Shown here in pieces: positions 15,356 through 33,163 of a DNA stretch of 64,000 nt (the first letter of the stretch is position 1; each line of letters starts with the position of its first letter). The position numbers and the translations under genes were made by a program. The notes below the pieces were generated by a model. That model did not search any database. It worked only from the letters and a program-made list of their open reading frames with translations, and was not told the DNA's origin. Source of the stretch: the human T2T-CHM13v2.0 reference genome, Homo sapiens; NCBI RefSeq assembly GCF_009914755.1, contig NC_060942.1; one strand, written 5' to 3'.

Positions 15356-16740
15356 ATCATCAGAACTAGAGATAACGCCTACATCTCCTAAATCCCAAAA
15401 CCAGTTTTGTTTTTTGAATAAGCATCTCCATGCTCTAGTTAACAATCCAAAGTTATGCTGTATATCACTGATGTAGCATAACTAAATTTATTTAAAAATG
15501 AATTATTTTTATTAAGAAATTAATTTTTATTAAGAAATAATTATTATTTCTCTATCTATTAAGATAGAGAAAATATGGGAGCCATGGAATATAAAACATG
15601 ACCAAAAAACAAACACAACTGTAAGAGAATCATAAGACTCCTACTAGCACTGGATATAGTTTTTAAATTTTTTATTGTAATGTTTTACTAATTTTACATT
15701 GCATCGAGAATTATAATACAGCAAGTTAAACGGCTCAATATAAACCAAAAATTAGGCCAAGCCCAAAACTGATTTCCTTCATTGCAAAAATCCTAAAGTG
15801 AAAAAAGAAATAATGATGTTTTGGAACTAGGAAGAAGTGGTGGTTATACAACTTTGTGAACATATTAAATGCCACTAACACTAAAATGATTTTATGTCAT
15901 GTAAGGTTCACTTCAGTAAAAACATTACTGAAAAAGTAAATTTATTATTAACTGGTAACTATCTAAAAATAATAGATTCAAGAAATTCTTCAAGGGAAAG
16001 AGACTAGAGAGATCATCTAATTCATCCCATTACTGATGATCCAGAAGCACTAAATATAGTGTGATTATTAAAAAATATCAACAAAGACGCAACCATATTA
16101 TTTTAGGCTTAAGGAGTGAACTCTTACTATCCAAATAGATATGAATAAATTTCCAGACGAATTTATCACTTTTCTAATTTACCATGAGAATTACTACTAT
16201 CCGAACTCAGGAACCAGATGTGAATCACAACAGATACTACTCTATACTAATTCATGCCCTATCATGGCCTTCAAGTAATCAGAATATTTGCAAACCATGT
16301 CAAAAAAAAACCCAGAAACTTCCTATTACATTTGACTTTATGATATGCGTAATGACTTAACAATCTGTATATTCTTCTGATAACCATCACTGATGTCATA
16401 TATCCTGGGAAATGTACTTGCCTGACCATCCTTCCCACAAAGACCATACCTGTCAGAGCAGGAGCAAAGTATTATTTTATTTCCACTGTGCTTACACAGT
16501 GCCTAGAAAAGTGTTCAATACCTACTGAAGGGGTTCAAGTGTTTCTTCGTTCAGTCCAGGGTTTTTAAAATTTTAACTGCACTGATAAAATAACCATTTC
16601 AGTTTTCCACTTTGACATAATAATTTACAATTATGTATTTTTTCGTATTGTGTGCAGAAGGTACACTTTCCTTTGTAAGCCTTTATGTCCCTTTCTAGCC
16701 CTGATTGTATTTCAAATTTAATGATTTGTGGCAACTTTAA

Positions 16741-17400
<660 letters not shown>

Positions 17401-17467
17401 CTGACTTTTAATAAGCACCTCTTATCAGCCACATTTTGCATAAGTGGAAAAATGGCATTTGACTTAC

Positions 17468-17614
17468 AGCCACAGCTTCTGTTTTCACATCATCATTGCT
17501 ATCTGGGGCTGTCAGCTCTATGAGGACAGGGCACACTTTGGTCTCCACATCAAATCGTTCAATGAGCTCCTGCTCCAACAGAGCCAGCAAAGCTGCCTGA
17601 CTTGTTTTCCTCAC
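17468..17614 (-). CDS. PPP4R1: PPP4R1 coding exon 6 (147 nt)
   Basis: CTCCTAG|GTG AGG AAA...GTG GCT|GTAAGT; encodes VRKTSQAALLALLEQELIERFDVETKVCPVLIELTAPDSNDDVKTEAVA (also seen in the ORF track). Confidence 0.97.
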
Positions 17615-18089
17615 CTAGGAGAAAAATAACAACACAAAGAAAGTACATATGCAACATGACAAAATTCTATCACTTGATTTTTATAAACAAAGATTTCTCA
17701 TCTCAAAGGGACCCATAACTGGCAAAACTCCGCAAATAAATATTTGTGTTTATTTTCTTCAACTATTACAAAGACTACAGAACTTCGTAGATTGTGCTGT
17801 AACAGAGGAAGTGGACAGAGCCATCCTGGTAAAAGATGCCTCACAAAGTAACAAACCTTTTAAGGGACCGCTAGGAGGTTACCAAGTGAGAGTGCAGTTA
17901 CTAGGCATTGTCCATAATGGCATTAAAGGGATCTACTAGATTTGTCAGACTCTAAACACATCTTGTCTAAGATAAATATTCATTTTTGAAAAACAGTAAA
18001 ACATTCCAAAGAGAACACTTAGGCTCGGCTATTCTCCATATATTACACTACGTAAATTTCTTTTAAGAACATATAAATGGTACTCTTAC

Positions 18090-18232
18090 CTGATTATTCT
18101 GATCTGCAAGGTATCTAACCACAATAGGTAGTAAGAATTTTGAAAAAGCATATGGTATTGAAGGCCGGTTTTCTTGACAAAACAGTGCGATGTGAGGCAC
18201 CTGTTCCATCAGCTCCGCTCTCACAGTTGGTT
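18090..18232 (-). CDS. PPP4R1: PPP4R1 coding exon 5 (143 nt)
   Basis: TTCAATAG|AA CCA ACT...AAT CAG|GTAAGA; encodes (E)PTVRAELMEQVPHIALFCQENRPSIPYAFSKFLLPIVVRYLADQNNQ. Confidence 0.97.
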
Positions 18233-19006
18233 CTATTGAAATAACGGCAATGTGAGCAAACATGTTCTCCTGCAGCAACAAAACCTTTATCTGTTCTTGA
18301 GGGTACTTAGGAAGGCTATGGACTTTCATCTTCAAAATATAAAGGACTTGAGACAACATCCTTTAATTCTGCATTCCTTTTCAGAATCATACACAGATCA
18401 ATCCCATGAGTGAAAGGAGGACCTTATCTTCAATCCAAGCTTCTGTTGTTCACAGTATGCACTGAGTATCTAACCATTTCTTAACAATAAATAAATTTAT
18501 TCATCACCTACACTGTGCCACACTGTGCTAGGGGTTAAATATCCTATCTGATATTTACATCAATACTCTGACACATACATAGTATTATCCATAAATTCCA
18601 CTATTTAAGAACCTACTAGGACAAGTCATAAAAACTAGTTCCTAATCTCAACTTAGTCAATAAATGAAAGATATATAATTAGACTTAACTAAGACTAAAA
18701 ATGGGTAAATGAAAATTAAAGATGACAAATATTTTTTAAACACCTGAAAAGACCCAAGTGCATATGGCAAATTTAAATGTGAGAAATATGGCATTTCAAA
18801 TTTCTGGGCTTCAAAAAGATGAAATGTCTAAGAAGCAACAGTAGGAAAATCAGCTAGTTAGCACGGAACAAAAGTTCCTACTGCACATCATAAAGATCAA
18901 AAGTACTAAAAGATAATATTAAATGTTCAATCTTGAGGTGGGAAGACAAAATCCAAAAATCAACCGTAAGACCAACTAATTATACATTATAAAAACTTTA
19001 TTATAG

Positions 19007-19299
<293 letters not shown>

Positions 19300-19949
19300 T
19301 TATTATAGATAACAGATACCAATACTCAGTTAAAAGGGAAAACAGCCTGGGAGCAAATTCATGTATAACAGAGTATTAGGAAGTGAACACACTGTTCAAA
19401 TAAATAATAAGAAAGAAAATAAGGATACAAGTAGGCAATTCATAGAAGACATGCAAGTGACTGAAATACAGACAGACATGATGGATTATCAGTAACAAGT
19501 CATTGTATCGGACCTAACTAGAACTCTGATACCCATTATTATTATGCATTAATAAAGCTACATTAAAGTAAATATGTATGAATGTGTCTACTAGGATTTC
19601 AGATATCAACAGAGAAATTAACATACCTTTAAGTAGATAATACTGTATTTTACAAAGCTCAGAATCTTATCAACAAACCAATATCTGGAATTTCTATTAT
19701 ACTGTTGTACCATGTGAAGTTGGCCAGATATGAACAAAATAGAGTGTTTCTGTTTTGAAGAAAAACCTAATTTTTAAAAAAGTAAACATACAGGCCTCTG
19801 CTTTTCTCATGGATGCTGAATTTTCTAAGTTAACACTGACAATTGCTTATATTTTTGAAGCAAAAGGAGGACACAAGTTATGGTTTCAGTTAAAAATGAA
19901 ATCAGCAACTTTTCTTTCTTCAAAGCCCCGCTTAGGCAAATAGACTAAT

Positions 19950-20850
<901 letters not shown>

Positions 20851-21162
20851 AAAATAAAAGCAGATGGTAAATTTTGGGGAATAAAAAAATCAAGATAAAA
20901 GCTAATGAAAGGTAAGGCAGAAGACCGAAAGGTTCTCAGCTGCTTATTTGTCTAAACTAAGGATACATATTTCATTCACTTCAGAGCTATGTTATTATTC
21001 AATAGTCTTTATCTTACCCAGCTATCACAATAAGCCCAGTCCTAAAAATTAGAAACCTCAGGGTCAAATCCTCTCTCTTCCTCACTCTATCCAGAGGTTA
21101 GCCTTGGAATCCCTCCTAGTACTTCAATTTCTATCCAACAATTCATCCTTATAACAATTAAC

Positions 21163-21460
21163 TGGCTGGTCACGGTGGCTCATGCCTGTAATCTCAGCAC
21201 TTTGGGAGCTTGAGGCAGGTGGATCACTTGAGGCCAGAAGTTCCAGACCAGCCTGGCCAACATGGTGAAACCCCTTCTCTACTAAAAATACAAAAATTAA
21301 CTGGGTGTAGTGGCGCATGCCTGTAATCCCAGTTATTCGAGAGGCTGAGGCAGGAGAATTGCTTGAACCTGGGAGGCAGGGGTGGTTGCAGTGAGTGGAT
21401 ATCACGCCACTCTGCTCTAGCTTGGGCAACAGAGCGAGACTCTGTCTCAAAAACAAAAAC
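21163..21460 (+). mobile_element. Alu (AluS-like)
   Basis: Alu dimer with A-rich tail. Confidence 0.9.
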
Positions 21461-23146
21461 ACCCAATTAATTGGTATAGTCTTCCAATCAAGTCTTCTTG
21501 TCACCCATCTTTTTCACCATATCAGTTCATACTGCTACACTACACTGTTCTAAATCACAAAAAGGTAAAGTCATCAGCATGGTTTATTATAAACCTTTAC
21601 AATCTAGCCCTCACCTAACTTACTTAACAGCCTAATTTTTCTAACCTGGAAACTCAGCAGGTTAGTCTCATTGTCAGGTTGGCCTCATTGTTGACCAAAG
21701 GGGCCACCATCTTGAACTCCTTTCTCTATCTTTTCCCCTCCTGGGTATGCCCTTTTCCCTCTCTATACCTCATCTATCAAATCCAACTTAAATGTCACTA
21801 ACTTTCTGAAGCCTGCCCCGATCCTTCCCATTATAATTTATTGTTTATATGTTGGCTGCATTCACTAAACTGTTAACTTGATGACACAAATCCTTGTTCA
21901 CCTTAATAACTGCTCTAGCATTTAATCTAGAACCTGGTATAGAGTATGTACTGTTTGATGTATACTGAATGAATGGAATTATGTCAATAGAGACATTTAC
22001 TATGAATTTACCAATGTGAGAACATATTTTAAAATACACACACACACACTTACAAAAAAAAAAAAAACTCTGGAGCTGGTAAACAGGTAAAGGAAAACAC
22101 AAATCTATCCTTAAAGAGTATCTGTCTCTACTAAAGAACATAACCATAATAGGCTATAACAGTGCCATGAATTTATGTTAAATTGTTATTTAACTTAAAT
22201 CAAATTAAAAAAATAAGTAAAAATTATGCTTGATGAGACCCCTCCTAAAACCATTCTAGAACAAGCACATACATAAGCAATTATGTACACAAAGGTAGAT
22301 TATTGCTCAGTTAAGCCTACAAATGTTCTGCCCACCCTGTAAGAATATTAGAAACATTTAAGGCTTATGTAAACATTTAACACATTCCCATTAAAATGAA
22401 CTGTTCATCAAAAGATGAGCTTGTCTAAAAATTAAAAAATAGGGCTTGCTGAGATGCCAAAAAGTCTGTCAGAGGTAGAAAATATACTTTAATAAAGATA
22501 ATAGATTTAAGGGAAAAAGTTTTAAGATTTTTGGATGGTTTCTAAAATCAAGTATAAAAATATGTTTAATATTACCTTAAAATAGTTTTATGTGTTAAGT
22601 TTTAAGTATATTTTACTACAACAAAAGATATATTTATAAAAACTTTAACATCACCATTTTCTAAGCCTTAAATCAAGTTTACCTCTTTCTTAAGCAGACT
22701 TTCTTATCTTCACTTTGGAGATAAACCAGCTTTAGTTTTACAAATGGTTAATCAACATTTTTTTGCAAGTGAGAAACCACACAGAAAGCAAGCTTTCTAT
22801 AGTTGCCTAAAATAATTTACAGCCTCCTCCATCTCTTTTAATGTATTCAAAATTATTCTATATATTTTTATTAATCCTAAAATATTACTATACATGATGC
22901 AAAACAATGTTTTTAGATTTGTTTTGATGAGAAATTTCTAAAATTAAACTAAATGAGCCCACTGTAAAATGTCCAGGTCTCAGTAACAAATTTTACTTTT
23001 GTTGTCACTGATGGGTTTGATAATTACTTAGGAAATATTTTAAAGCTATCTCATATCACATTAACTTGTTCATTAGTTTTTAGAAACACAAATTTGATCA
23101 AAGAAGCCTTTCTAGAATAGAGTAAATTCACTTTCTCCACATATAC

Positions 23147-23253
23147 CTGAATCATCGGCCAATCTGCTAATTCTTTCCAAAACAGCAATACAATCTCTTT
23201 CATCATCGCAGACTTCCCTCAAGGTATCGAGCAAACTCCGGGCCACCATTTGT
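23147..23253 (-). CDS. PPP4R1: PPP4R1 coding exon 4 (107 nt)
   Basis: TGTGTAG|A CAA ATG GTG...GAT TCA G|GTATAT; encodes (R)QMVARSLLDTLREVCDDERDCIAVLERISRLADDS(E). Confidence 0.96.
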
Positions 23254-23316
23254 CTACACAAAAAAAACAAAATTATGTATGTTCAATGGCATCAATAGCT
23301 AATATCCAGAATTTTA

Positions 23317-23702
<386 letters not shown>

Positions 23703-24396
23703 TAAGTGGCAAACGGCAGTATTGATTTTATTTTAACAAGATGAGACTGAATATTTACAACATTTTTTTTTAATCTTTATCTAACTGATTTGGTAAAAAG
23801 TCACCAAAAATTCATTTCAGTTGTCCTTCAATTATCACAATGAAAAAACACACTCATTCATTATACAAAATGTTACCCTTACATATTTTTAGTAGTATGA
23901 GTTTTGCATAGCTATACCCAAAAAATCTGAACCAAGACTTTTTGATTTCCCAGAAAAGTGTGATATAGGTGGTCTGGGATCATGGCTGGACAAACACAAT
24001 GCAGTAGGAAGAGTGCTGGCTCTTGGTCACTGCTGTGTGACCCAATGATCTTGAGCATCACCCGTCATACAGCAGGTATACAACATCATGTGTTGAAGGA
24101 ATAATGTACTTCCCAATAAGCAATTTATATGAATACCAAAATTATGTCCAGTGGCAGAAAAGCAATGGTAATTAATGGTAATTTTTTTTTTTGCAAAGAA
24201 AGCATGTTGTATGCTTACTAGGATCAAAGAATAAACAAGTACAAAACTGCTCATGCTATGATTATGAATAAAACTTGGTGACTCAGATTGTGCCTGTTAA
24301 TAATACCTCCTTTAAAGTGGATACTTTCATTTTCCCTACTGAAGTTAATAAAACCACCCTTCCACTTCCACTTTAACAAAAAGAATATGCACATAC

Positions 24397-24532
24397 CTGT
24401 TAAATATGTTCTCACTTGCAGCATACTTGTCCAATCTCCCCAGGGGCGTCAACATTTCATCTTGTGAGACAAAGTCCAGGGCTGAAGGTATAATAATCAC
24501 ATCAGACTCTGAGCTGTAGTCATCCACACCAA
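24397..24532 (-). CDS. PPP4R1: PPP4R1 coding exon 3 (136 nt; internal alternative acceptor gives 24397-24481, 85 nt)
   Basis: CTGATAG|TT GGT GTG GAT...TTT AAC AG|GTATGT; encodes (F)GVDDYSSESDVIIIPSALDFVSQDEMLTPLGRLDKYAASENIFN(R). Confidence 0.97.
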
Positions 24533-26289
24533 CTATCAGAGACATCAGAAATACTCCTTATAACACTTTGAAACTAAAATGTACCCCTTGCCTGTCTGAA
24601 GCAGTACAAATCTGTTTCTGGAATGGTACAAAAAAAAAATCACAAGAGACTCTCAGAATCAATCCAGAAGCCACAAATAACTAAAAGATACCTCCTCTCC
24701 TTTTCCTACAGATATGTTCTACTTGGCTCTATAAGCACAAAGTTCTACTTGGCTCTAAAAGCACAAAGGTCAGAGGCTACAGAAACTCAGTATGCAGGAA
24801 AGTGACCAGTCTTGAGAACATGTTCAATCAAGACACTAACAACTTGTGAATAGGCACACAAAAAGTCAAGCACCAATATAGTTAGTCCTGCAATGTGGAA
24901 GATAAAGCTAATGAAACTGGTATCTAACTTCACTTAATAGAAGAAAGCTAAAAACATTAATATATTTATATTCATTAAACAAATATTTATTAAATACATT
25001 TGTGCCAAGTACTAGGGTAGATGCTGGAGAAACAACAATGAAAATACTAATGTTTCTGACTTCAAAGAGCTAATATTCTACAGAAAACAATCTACTTTAA
25101 AATGATCATTGTAATAAAAGTATGTATTAATACAAACTAAAAGGCCAGACACCCATTCAAGCTGCAGGAGAAGGAAGAGAAGACCAAGAAAGAATGGCTA
25201 AAAACTAACCAAAAGGTAATTATTTCAAAGGAAACAAGCAATGAGTGAAAGTATGATTAAACAGCATCTACTACCAAAGGAGTCAAGGAAGAACTGAAAG
25301 GTGCCCACTGAATTTGGTACTTTTGTGCCATGCTGTGTGACAAGGGCAATTTTCCATTGCATGAAAGCCGAGAAGCCAAACCTGACTGAAGAGGTAAAGG
25401 AAAATATAATAAAGTGAAGACAATGAATACAAAATATACTTTCCAGAACTGTGGCTGTGATATAGTAAACTGGATTAGATTACTAGCCAGGGCATTCAAG
25501 CAAAATAAAGATTATTTATTTTGTTCTGTTCCTAATGTTTAAAAGAAGACAGAGTTGCACATGGTTATATAATGAAAGTAAACAGTCAACAAATAAATAT
25601 AAATTGAAGTTTTAGCAATAAGAAAATATTACTGATGGAAACACCATGGGGTTGGAAAGGATGCGATCCAGAGGTAAATCAGGGCCTTTCCCAAAGCCCT
25701 AAGAGCTTTCCAAGAAATTTTTATTATTATTTCCTGGCACTTCCTATTCTATCCCCTGCATTACTTGATTTACTTTCTCAATAGTGCCTGTCAACATCTG
25801 GTACGTATTAGTTGTTTTACTTATAGTCTGTCTCTCTAGAGTAAGTTATTGGCTCCATGAGGACAGAAATTTTTATCCCATACACTGCTTCATCTCCAGG
25901 ATATTTCCAGGCACAAAGTAAGCATTTAAGTATTTTTGAAACAAATAAATCTGTTCATCACTCACAATGAGATTTTGTCGTTGCTCCTTTAGCTCTTTTC
26001 TTAAGAGAGAAAAAGAAAACCACCTAAGAAACTCCTCCCAAATGTTGCTATATGAGAGACAGAAAAGATTCATCATTTCCTGATGAACTGTTATTGCTGT
26101 TAGGGCATTTTAAAATGCTTGTTTTTAAAGTAAATGTGTATATACCATGGGCCCATCTTACAGAACTGACTACTTTAAACAGATAACATTTTTACTCCCA
26201 ACAGAACATTATCAAAAAGAGAACACAACAGTTCCTTTTGTTAAAATAAAAATAACTTCTGTACTTAAAGAACACTTAAACATGATCTT

Positions 26290-29200
26290 CCACTTTTGAC
26301 AAAGGATGGATTAACAGGAACCAACTTAACCCTCACACCTTAAATGGTAAATAAATAAATAAAATGACAGAGCCAGGCATGCTGATAGTGTCTGTAGTCC
26401 CAGCTACTTAGGAGGCTGAAGCAGGAGGACTGTTTGAGCACGGGAGGTCGAGGGTGTACTCTTCTATAACTGCATTTGTGAATAGCCACTGCACTCTAGC
26501 CCCTGAGAAACACAGTGAGACCCCCATCTCTTAAAAAAAAGATAAAACATACGAAGCCATGGTTTCAGACACTGGACAAAAGACAGTACTGGACAGTGAT
26601 CTCTGAGAAAGAGAGGACAAATGAAATGAGCCCTATATTCCTCCAGCTAACTTCCTGGAAATAATTTCCAGAGCACTAGGAGGGTCCAAATATAATCCCA
26701 GCAGACTCCTGGAGTTGAGGAGACAGAGTTGAGAATTCAGGGAGGCCAAGGCAGCTAGAATTGGCAGAGGGAGAGTATCAGAGAGGAGGGACCTTCACAG
26801 AGAAAGAACTTTAGAAAGCTGCAGAAAGTCCCTTTGAGTCTTTAGGTGAGTATTGAAACAGTTTATGTGTGTGAGGAAACTAGTCGGTATTCTGGGAAAA
26901 ATAATTACCTGAAACGATCAAGTGAACGAATCCTCGATTATCACAAAGGACAAGGACTAGTTTATGTCTCCAACAACAAAAATTTTAAAAATTCTAAAAT
27001 AAATGAGGCAAAACGCCTAAGAAGTGGCAAATAATTCTCCTGGTTTTGCCTAACAAAGCTTAACAGGCTTCAAAAGAAACAAACTATCTCCAAGAAACTG
27101 TGTCACAGAACAAAACTCGAGTATGTAAATGAATATAAAAATAGCTAGCACTCAACAAGGTAAACTCTACAATGTCTAGCATCCAATAAAAAATTACTAG
27201 GCACACAAAAGGCAGGAAAATACAAACCATGAGGCAAAAAATTCTACAACAGAAACAGACCCAGGACAAAAAATATAGAATTAGCAGATAAGAACATTGA
27301 AAGTTATTTTAACTATATTCCATACATTTAAGAAGGCAGAAAAAAAGAGCATGTTAAGAACAGAGATGGAAGATGATACGAAAGACCTAAATTGATCTTT
27401 TAGAGATGAAAAAAAGATATGAAAAATACACGGGATGGGATCAAGAGCAGATTAAACATTATAGAGGAAAAAATGTGTTACCTTGAAGAAAAAGGGTAAG
27501 AAAAATATCCTAAATGAAACAGAAAAAATATGGGGGAGGAAGAGAATTAAGCATCAATCAATTGTAGGAAAACTCCAAGCATCCAAATATATGTGCAAAT
27601 GGAGTCCCCAAAGAAGAATGGGAGATATAAAATATATTTGAAGAAATAATGGACAAAATTTTCCCAAATTTGGTAAAAACTATCAATCTACAGACAGATT
27701 CAAGGGGTTCAATGAAACCCATGAGCAAGAAACATGAAGAAAAGTATACCAAGGCACAATATAATCAAATTGCTTAAAGCTAGTGATAAAAACTTTCAGG
27801 CAGCCGGAGAAAAACTCATGTTACATAGAGAAAAACAAAAGAATGATAGGAGACTTTTCCATCTAAAATACAAGCCAGAAGACATTAACATCTTTCAAGT
27901 ACATAAAGAAAAATACCTACAACTCCATACCTAAGAAACAAGACATCTTTCAAATATGAAGCTGAAATAAAGATTTTTTTCAGCCACACAAAAACTGACA
28001 TCATCAACAGCAGACATGCACTATAGGAAATAATAAAGCAAACCATTCCAGCAAAAGGAAAATTACACCAGATGAGAATCTGGATCTATACAAAAGAATA
28101 AAGGACATCAGAAACAATTAATATGGGGCCAGGCACAGTGGCTCACGCCTGTAATCTTATCACTTTGAGAGGCCGAGGCGGATGGATCACTTGAGCTCAG
28201 GAGTTCAAGATCAGCCTGGGCAATATAGTAAAACCTTGCCTCTAAAAAAAATACAAAAATTAGCTGGGCATGGTGGCGTGCACCTGCAGTCCCAGCTACT
28301 TAAGGGGCTGAGGCAGGAAGACTGCTTGAACCTGGGAGGTCAAAGCTGCAGTGACCTGAGATGGCACCACTGCACCCCAGTCTGGAAGACAAAGCAAGAC
28401 CCTGTCTCCAGAAAAAGAAAGAAAGAAAAAAAAAAGGTTAATATGGGATAAATAAAAAATTTCTTATTTTTCAAATCTTTAAGATAACTGCTTAAATAAA
28501 AATACGTACTAAGAAATAAATGGATAAATATATATTGTGGGGTTCACAACATATGTAGAAGTATAATGTATGACTATAATAGCACAAAGGCAGGAAAAGG
28601 GTAAAGTATACTGTTATAAAGCTCTTACGCTGTGTGTGAAGAGATACATATTACTTGAAGTTAGACTGTGGAAAGGTAAAAATGCATATTAATTATAAAC
28701 TCTAAAGCAATCATTATTTAAAAAGAAACACACATACACCAAAGACATATAACTACTAAGCCAGTACACCACCTAAGTAATCTAAAAGAAGGCAGAAAAA
28801 GAGAATAAAGGGAACAAGGAAGAGATGGGACAACAAATGAGAAACAACAAGATAAAGAGATTTAAACACAACCATATCAGTAACTACATTAACTGCAAAT
28901 GGTCTAAATAGCCCAACTAAAGGCAGAGACTGTCAAATTGGATTACAAACAACACCTAACCATGAACATAATTATACACTGCAGCTTATTCTGTCTACAA
29001 TTCATAGCAAAATACCTTATTAATTATAAATCAGAGCTGTAAAAGCCACTCAGCCACTCTCATCTGGCCTCAGTTTTCTCCTTTATAAGACTGTTAAGCT
29101 AGCATAACCTTGAAGCACCTTTATAAAGGCTGTAGAATTCTATGACTATGACCAAACTGTTTCATCAGTCTCATACTTGTTAATCTTAAAGATAAACAAT

Positions 29201-30350
29201 AAAATTGATTCTGGCCCATAAAAAGCAAAGGGCAGTGGGAAAAAACTCCTACAGCTGTGACTGTCAAACATAATTATGTTCAAGACAAGCTTGTGGCACT
29301 TACCTAAAATGCAGATACCTAGATCCCACACTCAGATACTGATTATGTTAGTCTGGAGTAAGGCTCAGGAGCATTTATTTTTAAATGAATAACCCCACTA
29401 ATTTAAATGCAGACTGTTATACAACCATACTTAAGAAGCCTACTCCTAGAAGGTAACAAAATCATATTCTGCTTCAAATGTTTTGCTATCACTCTATCAT
29501 GATTGATAATCACTTCCATACAAAGGGAGTGTTCCACTCTGGTACAGACACTGGTGACAAATGTTCACTTCTATTTCCCAAAAAAAAAAAAAAAAAAAAT
29601 TACAATCCTAGGAGTAATCTCTGAAACACACTAGAAGGTATAGCTAGAAAGATAATGGAGAAACTAAAATTGAGTACTAAAAAATATTCAGCTAACCCAA
29701 AATAAAGTCTGGAAAGGAGTAACAGAGGAAAAAACCATAAGTCAAACAGAAAATAAATAGCAGAATCACAGACCTAAATGCAACTAGATCAATAATTACA
29801 TTAAATATAAATGGACTAAAATATTTCATTTAAAAGGCAAAGATTATCAGACTATCAGAAATATAGTCTGACTACCAGAGATACATTTTTAAAGACAAAA
29901 TTTCAACCATTAGGTTGAAAATAGTTTTTTAAAAAGATATAACACAAAATAGTAAGCATAAGAAAGCTGGAGGCCGGGTGTGGTGGCTCACGCCAATAAT
30001 CCCAGCACTTTGGGAGGCTGAGGTAGGTGGATTGCTGGAGCTCAGGAGTTTGAGATGAGACCAGCCTGGGCAACATGGTGAAACCCCATCTCTATAAAAG
30101 ATACAAAAATATTAGCTGGGGGTGGTGGTGCACACCTGTGATCCCTGCTACTTGGGAGCCTGAGGTGGGGGGATCACTTGAGTACGGGAGGCAGACATTT
30201 CAGTAAGCTGATATAGCTCCACTGCACTCCAGCCTGGGTGACAGAGTGAGAATGTCTCAAAAAAAGAAAAAAGAAAAAAAGCTGGAGTGGCTATATTATT
30301 ATGAGACAAAATAGATCAAAGACAAGGAGTATTACTAGAAATGGAGACAT
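26290..30350 (+). mobile_element. Fragmented old L1 (5' region/ORF1/ORF2 start) with nested Alu monomer (26371-26540), Alus (28127-28435, 29972-30280) and a MER5-like insert (about 29245-29450)
   Basis: ORF1-like KKSIPRHNIIKLLKASDK and atatttgaagaaataatgg; ORF2 start-like taattacattaaatataaatggactaaa; boundaries approximate. Confidence 0.7.
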
Positions 30351-30578
30351 TAGTACTTCAAGACTCTTGAATTCTTATGTAGCTCTGCATAACTAAAGTT
30401 TACAGATTCTTGAACACTGTAATAGCAGCAATAGCCCTATACTGTTCCATGGCTTTTAAAATCCAGCCTCTTTCACTGATGAAGTAAAAAAACCATACAT
30501 CACCTTTTAATGTTATCTGAATTTTTTAAATGACCAAAAAGCATGCAATACAGTGTTCAAACCAGGTTGTTATTGTTA

Positions 30579-31239
<661 letters not shown>

Positions 31240-31629
31240 TTAGTTCATCTTATCTCTAAGACCCTTTGAAAACTGCTGCTAAACATAAACTAGGCTCAAT
31301 ATAACCTTCTAGTTCCAAATTATGAAAGGAATCAAATATGTTACAATACAAATAAAGAGAACATCAGGAAGGAAGATGACAAGGGAAAGAAACAACAAAA
31401 CAATGACATTAATCCTTGTTACCTATAGAACTGAATGACTTTTTGTATAGACGTGAGATTATGTAACAGCACAAAACAACTGTCATAGCTCCAGAAGTAT
31501 CCTCTCTCTATACTACTTGCAGTTCCCTGAATCTAACACAGAAATCCAAAGTAGCAGAAGAGAAATTCCAATTTTTCGCTTTTTTAAATTTAAGAAAAAG
31601 TGCCTAAAATGTAATAGTTTAAAAGTTGT

Positions 31630-32209
<580 letters not shown>

Positions 32210-32889
32210 GTTGGGCCCACCATAAAATTGTACATAGTCATAGCAAAACCGTGTGAAAAGAACAGAAGATTTTTAAGGTAAGAGAGATCTGGATTCAAAT
32301 CCCATTTTGTCACTTATTATATTCATCTATAAAATAATGGTTAAGACTTTTAAGACACAGTGATAATGTCTGCAAATGTCTGCAACAGTGTTAGGCAAAT
32401 AAGCAAATGTTCCCTCCCACTTTGCATTTCAGTTTGTTTCTAGATACAGAATATCTGTGTGTGGTTTCCAACTGTTTTTGTTTTCACTCATTTCATTCAA
32501 CCAGTAAGTAGGGAAACCATGTGTTTTTAATAGTTTTCATTCAACCAATTAGTAGTCTTAATATAAATAGGACAGCACATACACTATCTACCATTCCCAT
32601 TGACTTATTTATGCAACAAAGTTTCTCAGCACTTATAGCTCTTAAAATGAAAAGTAGAAATGATGTTAAGTATTATCTCATTCTAAGCAATAAATTATAT
32701 TTATCCATGAATACATAATTATTTTGTAAAATTCCCATCCATTTCATTAAGAGATGCCTTTTTGATAAAATGTTATTTACTAGGTTTTTTCAATCTGTAA
32801 TATATTCTGGTTGATCAACCAAGTATTAATAATGGAAACTCAATAAAACTTTAAGTTTTATATTAACGGGAAATTCAAATTTTTAATTT

Positions 32890-33163
<274 letters not shown>

